NCBI GenBank assembly: GCA_900769985.1
Contig: CAAGIS010000064.1
Span: 112,427 to 176,426, forward strand
From: Spirochaetia bacterium
GTDB taxonomy: Bacteria > Spirochaetota > Spirochaetia > Treponematales > Treponemataceae
Length of the DNA stretch: 64,000 bases
Direction: 5' to 3'
The notes beneath the pieces were generated by a model. It did no database searches, was not told where the DNA came from, and saw only the letters and a list, made by a program, of their open reading frames with translations. Positions 57,988 through 64,000 of the stretch are shown here, one piece after another. How positions within the stretch are numbered: the stretch's first letter is position 1; every line of letters begins with the position of its first letter. A program made the position numbers and the translations under genes.

Positions 57988-59871
57988 CTATTCTGTTAGA
58001 TTTTTTCGCTGTCTGAACAGCCACCTGAAATTAAGAGCATCAACTGCTTCATCAAAAGTCTGATTAGCAAAATATCCCTGAATGATAATGTTAGTTGCAT
58101 AATTTGACCATGATTCCCATGCATTAGCTGCTTCGACCATTGAACAAACTACAATCTGGTCTTCTACAGGTGCATCATAAGGAGCATAAGCCAGTAACCA
58201 CGAATGCCAGCTTTCTGAATATCCAGTAACTTCTGCAGTACCTGTTTTTGCTGCAATTTTTACAGTCGGATTTGAAAGAGAATATTTTGCAGAACCGTCA
58301 GTACATACAAAACGCAAGGCTTCTTTTATTTTTATCCATACAGCCTGATCAATCGAATTTTCAAACAGCACTTCAGGATGAACTTCCTGAATTATCTCAT
58401 CTGTAACAGGATCCCTGATTTCTTTAAGCAAATGCGGTTTATAAATCTTTCCTTCATTGCAGACCATTGCCATGACATCAGCAACCTGCAAAGGAGTTGC
58501 CGTTGTATATCCCTGACCAATAGAAACAGCCATCGTGTCCCCGTCAAGCCATCTTTCGTGGAATTTTCGCTCTTTCCACTGTGCAGTCGGAACAAAACCT
58601 TTTGAGTGACTTGGTAAATCAATCTGGGTACTCTGACCGTATCCGAAAATTTTTGCATAATCAGAAATCTTTTCAATGCCAAGATAATCTCGACCAACCT
58701 GCCAGAAATAAATGTCACAAGAGTGTCCTACAGCATGCTTTAAATCAAGTTTGCCGTGACCAGGCTTTAAAATCCAGCATCGGAAAGTCCTTCCGCCGTA
58801 TTCAATTTCACCTTTACATTCAACCTTCTCATATTCAGGAAATGCCTTTTCCTGCAAAATCGCAGCTGACATTATTATTTTAAAAGTACTCGCAGGAGGA
58901 TACGCAGCATTTACGGCACGGTTAAGAAGCGGATTATGCTGGTTTTCTGCAAGCTTCATATATTCATCAGCAACGTTTTCAGAATTGAACATATTTGAAT
59001 CAAAATACGGATATGAAACCATTGCAAGAATTTCTCCTGTAGAAGGCTTCAAAACTATAATTGAACCGATACGCTCGCCAAGAGCTTTTTCTGCTAATAT
59101 CTGAACTCTTGAATCAATAGTGAGGACTAATTTTTTACCCATTTGAGGCGGAACTACATTAGGTGTTTCAGACAGAACACGTCCTTTGACATCTACAGTC
59201 CGTTCTTCATATCCGTCTTTTCCCTGTAAATAAGTATCGTATTGTTTTTCAATTCCTGTTTTTCCTACAATACTTGTTCTTGTATAACCGCCTTTATTAT
59301 ACATAAAATTCATTTCTTCTTTTGTAATTTTCCCTACATAGCCGAGTATGTGAGAAAAACTTCCGGTTTCAATGTAATTGCGTATCGGACGGCTTACCCA
59401 GGAAACTCCAGGTAAATCATTTATATTTTCTGCAATATCAGAAATAACTGAAAAATTGACATTATTCTTTACAGTGTAAGAAACATAAGTTTTTCTTACA
59501 GAAGGTGGAACACGCTCGTCAATTTCTGTTTTCGGAATATTCAGGATATTTGCAAGCCTTGAAGCTACAGTATCAAAATATCCTGCAGGAATTTCTCCTG
59601 GCGTAAGTTCAACTGCAAAGGAATCTGAATTAACTACCATTGCATTGTCATTATTTCGGTCATAAATTTCACCGCGTTGTGCAGGAATTGTAGTAATTCG
59701 ACTTGAAATATTTTTAGACTGAATTTTGTATTGCCGTCCTTCAATAATCTGCAGAGAAAACAATTTAAATAAATACAGGACAAAAACAATGACAGCAAGA
59801 AGTGTAAAAACAAAACTTATGATATTTTTGTTGCGCTTAGTATCCTGATTGTTGACGTTATTTTTATTCAT
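57988..59871 (-). CDS. mrdA: Penicillin-binding protein 2
   Basis: RGEIYDRN, YPPASTFK (SxxK), SCD (SxD), KTGTAE; ATG 59871 preferred over TTG 59901. Confidence 0.95.
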   Translation of the reverse strand: MNKNNVNNQDTKRNKNIISFVFTLLAVIVFVLYLFKLFSLQIIEGRQYKIQSKNISSRITTIPAQRGEIYDRNNDNAMVVNSDSFAVELTPGEIPAGYFDTVASRLANILNIPKTEIDERVPPSVRKTYVSYTVKNNVNFSVISDIAENINDLPGVSWVSRPIRNYIETGSFSHILGYVGKITKEEMNFMYNKGGYTRTSIVGKTGIEKQYDTYLQGKDGYEERTVDVKGRVLSETPNVVPPQMGKKLVLTIDSRVQILAEKALGERIGSIIVLKPSTGEILAMVSYPYFDSNMFNSENVADEYMKLAENQHNPLLNRAVNAAYPPASTFKIIMSAAILQEKAFPEYEKVECKGEIEYGGRTFRCWILKPGHGKLDLKHAVGHSCDIYFWQVGRDYLGIEKISDYAKIFGYGQSTQIDLPSHSKGFVPTAQWKERKFHERWLDGDTMAVSIGQGYTTATPLQVADVMAMVCNEGKIYKPHLLKEIRDPVTDEIIQEVHPEVLFENSIDQAVWIKIKEALRFVCTDGSAKYSLSNPTVKIAAKTGTAEVTGYSESWHSWLLAYAPYDAPVEDQIVVCSMVEAANAWESWSNYATNIIIQGYFANQTFDEAVDALNFRWLFRQRKNLTE

Positions 59872-59897
59872 TCCCCCGCAAACCCCTGAAAATTTTA

Positions 59898-60401
59898 TCA
59901 AACATGTTCTGAAATAATAATAAAATCAGAAAAACAATTTAGAAATTTAAAAACAAATGGCGTCAAGACAGAATTAAAAATCAATTCAAAAAGGAACACT
60001 GAAGAAAAAATATTATATGTATTTATCATATTTGGAAAAAAGAATGAAGCACAATAAATCAGAAGCGCCTTTAACAGTGTCCCGGTAAATCCAATTAAAA
60101 AATTTACAAGATACGATTTTAAATTAAGCATTTTCTGTAAAAAACCAGCTGCATATCCGATTATAGTCCTTACAAGACAGTTCAATCCAAAAGGACTTCC
60201 ACTCAAAAAATCAATGAATAGTCCTGAAGAAAACCCCAGCGTTTCTCCGTAAACACAGCCTTTATTTACAGAAAAATAAAGAGAGCAAATTAAAAGCAAA
60301 TCTGGAATTGCCGGTAAAAAAAATATATTTGACAAAATTGCCGTTTCAATTAATGCAGAAACAATTAAAAGTAATATTCCAAATAAATATGAACGAATCA
60401 T
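59898..60401 (-). CDS. mreD: Rod shape-determining protein MreD
   Basis: PDLLL, GF..GL..D, PFG; lies between mreC and mrdA. Confidence 0.9.
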   Translation of the reverse strand: MIRSYLFGILLLIVSALIETAILSNIFFLPAIPDLLLICSLYFSVNKGCVYGETLGFSSGLFIDFLSGSPFGLNCLVRTIIGYAAGFLQKMLNLKSYLVNFLIGFTGTLLKALLIYCASFFFPNMINTYNIFSSVFLFELIFNSVLTPFVFKFLNCFSDFIIISEHV

Positions 60402-61282
60402 TGATTATATCCTTGTTTTTCGTCTTCACCCTTTATTTCATCAGAAGAAACAATTACAACAGTTTCAAGTCTTGAAAAATTTGCAATAGGCAGAACTTCT
60501 ATATCAAGTGACGAATCATAATCAAGAACTGAAATCTTTGAGATTATTCCAATAGGAATGTCTTTCGGATAATTTCCGTTTTCTCCTGAAGTAACGATTA
60601 CATCACCATAGTGCAGTTCACCGATAACTTTTTTCTTGATATATTTCATTGATAACGGAGCATCTTCAAGCCCGTTACCTGAAATAAGTCCGATATCCCT
60701 TGTATTCTGGATTCTTGCAGAAATTGAACAGTTAATATCATAAACAGGCATAACCTGACTTGTCGAAAATCCAACAGAAACAATTTTTCCAACAACACCG
60801 ATATTTCCTCCCTGAACGGAAAGGACACTCATATTCTTTTTAATGCCGTCTTTGCTTCCCTTATCAATTATGATTGTAGTATGAATATTGTCGGCGCCCC
60901 TTGATATGATATTTGCAGAAAAAGTCTTCTGCTGAATATCTGATACAAAGCCTAACTGCTCTTTTAACCTTGCATTTTCCTTGCGAATCGTAGCATTTGT
61001 ATGCTGCATATATTCATAATCTTTTAATTTTTCAACTAGAAGATCATATTCTTTATTCAGCACAGCAAGTTTTTTTGCAGCATTGACAGTATCTTTTACA
61101 AAAAAAGTGACTTTTGCAATGCCTTCTTCTATCGTAGAAAGAATCGTAAAACCGACATTTTTAAAATTAACGACAAAACCGCCGGAACTAAATGATAAAA
61201 ATACACTCGAAAGTACAATTAAAATTATAAACAGCAATTCCCTAAAGCGAAATTTAAAATTGAATTTCTTATGTTTTCTCAT
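60398..61282 (-). CDS. mreC: Rod shape-determining protein MreC
   Basis: TM, coiled coil ENARLK, IDKGSKDGI, GVVGKI, IVTSG..YPKDIPIG. Confidence 0.93.
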   Translation of the reverse strand: MRKHKKFNFKFRFRELLFIILIVLSSVFLSFSSGGFVVNFKNVGFTILSTIEEGIAKVTFFVKDTVNAAKKLAVLNKEYDLLVEKLKDYEYMQHTNATIRKENARLKEQLGFVSDIQQKTFSANIISRGADNIHTTIIIDKGSKDGIKKNMSVLSVQGGNIGVVGKIVSVGFSTSQVMPVYDINCSISARIQNTRDIGLISGNGLEDAPLSMKYIKKKVIGELHYGDVIVTSGENGNYPKDIPIGIISKISVLDYDSSLDIEVLPIANFSRLETVVIVSSDEIKGEDEKQGYNQ

Positions 61283-61293
61283 GATACCAAAAA

Positions 61294-62328
61294 CTAACCG
61301 TTCAGATTATCGTAAATAGCCCTGTCAGAAGACATATCTTTAAACAATTCAAAAGCCTCTCCTGCTCCCAATGCTACACATTCAAGAGGTCTTTCTGCAA
61401 GAATAACAGGAACATTTGTTTCTTTTGAAATAAGTTTTGAAAGTCCTTTCAGCATAGAACCACCGCCTGTCATTACAATGCCGCGTTCTACAATGTCAGC
61501 AGCTAGTTCAGGAGGAGTATGCCCAAGAGTATTTTTGATTTCTTCGATAATCATATTTACAGGTTCTTTTAACGCTTCCCTAATTTCAACTGAATCTATT
61601 TCAAGACGTCGAGGAAGCCCTGTTATTGCATCACGTCCTTTTATTTCCATTTTTTCGATATTTTTATCAGGCGCAACGTTTCCAATTTCAATTTTTAGTT
61701 TTTCCGCCGTCTGCTGACCTATCATCAAATTATGAACATTCTGGATATGCTTTACAATTGTTTCATCAAATTTATTTCCGCCAACCCTAATAGAAGACGT
61801 AATTACCATTCCGCTCAAAGAAATTACACTGATTTCTGCAGTTCCTCCGCCAATATCACAAATCATATGTCCTGCTGGTTCATGAATCGGAATTTTTGCA
61901 CCGATTGCAGCAGCAAGGCTTTCAGGTACAACTTCAACTTCTTTTGCACCTGCTTTCAAGGCAGCTTCAATTACAGCCCTGCGCTCAACTTCTGTAATAC
62001 ATGATGGAATTCCGATTTTCATTCTTGTAGAACTGAAGATTCTGTGTTTAGGCAGAATTTTTCCGATAAAATATTTTATCATTTTTTCACATGAATCTAT
62101 ATCTGCAATTACACCGTCAGCAAGAGGACGAATGGCTACAATGTTTCCGGGAGTTTTCCAGAGCATTCTTTTGGCTTCTGCACCAACGGCATACACTACA
62201 TTAGTGCCTTTTTCAACAGCCACAACAGAAGGTTCGTCAATAACAATTCCCTTTCCGCGAACATAAATAAGTGTGTTACAAGTTCCTAAATCAATACCGA
62301 TATCAGTTACAAAATTGTTGAAAAACAT
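61294..62328 (-). CDS. mreB: Rod shape-determining protein MreB
   Basis: [38 protein letters not shown]. Confidence 0.97.
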   Translation of the reverse strand: MFFNNFVTDIGIDLGTCNTLIYVRGKGIVIDEPSVVAVEKGTNVVYAVGAEAKRMLWKTPGNIVAIRPLADGVIADIDSCEKMIKYFIGKILPKHRIFSSTRMKIGIPSCITEVERRAVIEAALKAGAKEVEVVPESLAAAIGAKIPIHEPAGHMICDIGGGTAEISVISLSGMVITSSIRVGGNKFDETIVKHIQNVHNLMIGQQTAEKLKIEIGNVAPDKNIEKMEIKGRDAITGLPRRLEIDSVEIREALKEPVNMIIEEIKNTLGHTPPELAADIVERGIVMTGGGSMLKGLSKLISKETNVPVILAERPLECVALGAGEAFELFKDMSSDRAIYDNLNG

Positions 62329-62387
62329 TTTTCCCCCATACTTTTATTTATTCTATTTATATTTTCATATCTTTGCAATAAGAAAAA

Positions 62388-63341
62388 CTAGCGATAGACT
62401 TTTTTTATTGCATCTTCATAATTACTGTCAATTTTCAGTGTTTTCCGCCATTCAGCACGGGCTTTAACTAAATCCCCTTTCTTTTCATAAATAATTCCAA
62501 GCCCGTAATGAGCATCTGCAGAATTTTCATTTTTCGCCAGAATCAAATCAAACAAAGATTTTGCTTCATCGTATTGCTGCTCTTCAAGATAAATTTTTGC
62601 AAGAAGAGTCTGACCTTTCAGCAAAAGATTGTCATCTCCTGCATTTGCCGTTACCTGAAACAGATACTGCTTTGCAGCAGCAAACTGTCCTTCTTTATAA
62701 TACTGTTCTGCAATAGAAAGTAAAAGTGAATCTGAATCACGAATTAAAAGTGCTTCGCTAAACCTTGCAATGCTTTCAAAACTCATTCCAAGCTGACCGT
62801 AACTGATTCCCAAATACTCTGGAATGTCATCAGCTTTATAACCAAGGGCTTTTGCATCTTCAAGATATTTTACAACAAGATCCGCATAATAATGATAGGA
62901 ACAGATTATGTTTTTATAAAAATATGCCTTACCAAGCATATACTTTATCTGAGGAATTGTCTTTTCTTTTGCTTTTAGTAATGCAATACGCAATGAACTT
63001 ATCGAATCATTTATATATTCCTGCGCAAGAGCCGGATCTGTTTCTGAAACTCCAAGATAATAAGCCGCATATCCCCGATAAGTGTAGACTGTATTATTCA
63101 GAAATTTTTTTTCAGTTAAATCACAAGCTGTTTCATAGACACCTGCATAATCATATTCTGACCATTGTGATGCAAGTTTTGTAACAGAAGGGTTATTATG
63201 GATAGTATAGTTTATTTTCCGATAGACAAAAATAGATATTCCGGACAAAACTGATACAACAGCTATAGAGATTAATAATGCAGGCAGCAACTTACCCGGC
63301 TTTCTTACTATCGAACTGTTATTTTCCTCTGTTTTTTTCAT
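62388..63341 (-). CDS. Membrane-anchored TPR protein
   Basis: N-terminal TM; TPR motifs YMLGKAY, EYLGISY, AHYGLG..Y. Confidence 0.85.
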   Translation of the reverse strand: MKKTEENNSSIVRKPGKLLPALLISIAVVSVLSGISIFVYRKINYTIHNNPSVTKLASQWSEYDYAGVYETACDLTEKKFLNNTVYTYRGYAAYYLGVSETDPALAQEYINDSISSLRIALLKAKEKTIPQIKYMLGKAYFYKNIICSYHYYADLVVKYLEDAKALGYKADDIPEYLGISYGQLGMSFESIARFSEALLIRDSDSLLLSIAEQYYKEGQFAAAKQYLFQVTANAGDDNLLLKGQTLLAKIYLEEQQYDEAKSLFDLILAKNENSADAHYGLGIIYEKKGDLVKARAEWRKTLKIDSNYEDAIKKVYR

Positions 63342-63364
63342 AATACCCGCATAAAAAAAATAAA

Positions 63365-63762
63365 CAAAAAAGAGACAGTAAGCCGAGTTCTGGTCTGGAT
63401 TTTTACATCCGCATAACCATCTGTCTGAAATTCAGATTGCCCTGAATCTTTAGCGATTTACCCGCAACTAAAGCCCGGACGCTTACGTTGCTACTTAATC
63501 TTGCTCCAAATGAGGTTTTCCTGCAATTTTTGTTACCAAAAATCCGGTGAGCTCTTACCTCGCCTTTTCACCCTTGCACTAAATAAATAATGCGGTCATT
63601 CTCTGCTGCACTTTCTGTCAAAATACGGGTTATACAAGAAATTATGCAACTGCCGTATTCTGCCCGGTAATTATCCGGCATTTGTTCCGGTGGAGCCCGG
63701 ACTTTTCCTCATGGAACGTCTATATCATCATAAACATTCCATGCGGTTATATCTCTTTTTTG
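63365..63762 (-). ncRNA. rnpB: RNase P RNA (bacterial type A)
   Basis: Reverse complement has GAGGAAAAGTCCGGGCTC, GAAAGTGCAGCAGAGA, GGGTGAAAAGGCGAGGTAAGAGCTCACC, GGAGCAAG, CAGAACTCGGCTTA, and terminal P1 CAAAAAAGAGATA/TGTCTCTTTTTTG. Confidence 0.95.
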
Positions 63763-63773
63763 TAATATACTAA

Positions 63774-64000
63774 TTAATTTTCATCTGAATCATCTTTGTC
63801 TTCATCGTCTTCTCCGTCAATAGAATCAGAGTCATATTCAGACGGATTATCAATATAACCGTCATCTTCAGAATATTCTCCTGCATCATCTTCCAGAGAT
63901 TCGTCTTCAAAGTCATCTTCGTAATCAGATAAACTGCCTGCTTCTGCCATTGCATAATAATCGTCTTCGTTGTCATCTGATTCCTGATAGAACAGAATAC
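63774..64000 (-). CDS. 3' end of a protein with a long acidic tail, probably the C4 zinc-ribbon (DUF164-type) protein
   Basis: The open frame reads ILFYQESDDNEDD...DDSDEN*. ILFY fits the end of a CxxCxRILF ribbon, and such genes often precede rnpB. Confidence 0.6.
   Translation of the reverse strand, partial: ILFYQESDDNEDDYYAMAEAGSLSDYEDDFEDESLEDDAGEYSEDDGYIDNPSEYDSDSIDGEDDEDKDDSDEN

Noticed and set aside
63770..63976. 68-aa ORF (MTTKTII...)
   Set aside because: Off-frame reading of the Asp/Glu-rich tail; the real frame ends at 63774.

Overview
AT-rich bacterial chromosomal window, most likely from a Treponema-like spirochaete (inferred from a P83/100-family gene, the PAP2-rnf-GH57 gene order, and the acidic-tailed zinc-ribbon gene next to rnpB). 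It is mostly core genes: dac (partial), tRNA-Gly, a uracil permease, three RluA-family synthases, metG, folC, trpS, a panB-panC-coaC-coaB-coaX-panD operon, a FemAB-family gene, rnz, a Gld-like ABC system, PilZ, ComEC, rpsF-ssb-rpsR-rplI-dnaB, rlmD, rsmA, yggS, tRNA-Leu, mfd, ribD-ribE-ribBA-ribH, yeiH, mreBCD-mrdA-rodA and RNase P RNA. I saw no transposase, integrase, cas gene or true CRISPR array. The most interesting signals are: (1) a 78/79-bp structured tandem-repeat family at two loci, both ending at the same base 2-3 nt before the -35 box of an essential translation gene; (2) an H-type pseudoknot that would hide the rplI Shine-Dalgarno (SD); (3) twin bulged hairpins resembling the pan RNA motif, with the second covering the panB RBS; (4) an rnf-like operon missing most canonical cofactor motifs, followed by an apparently catalytically dead GH57; (5) a ~45-bp MITE-like palindrome in three copies; (6) many apparently leaderless genes. 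All calls come from reading motifs by eye; no searches or folding programs were run.
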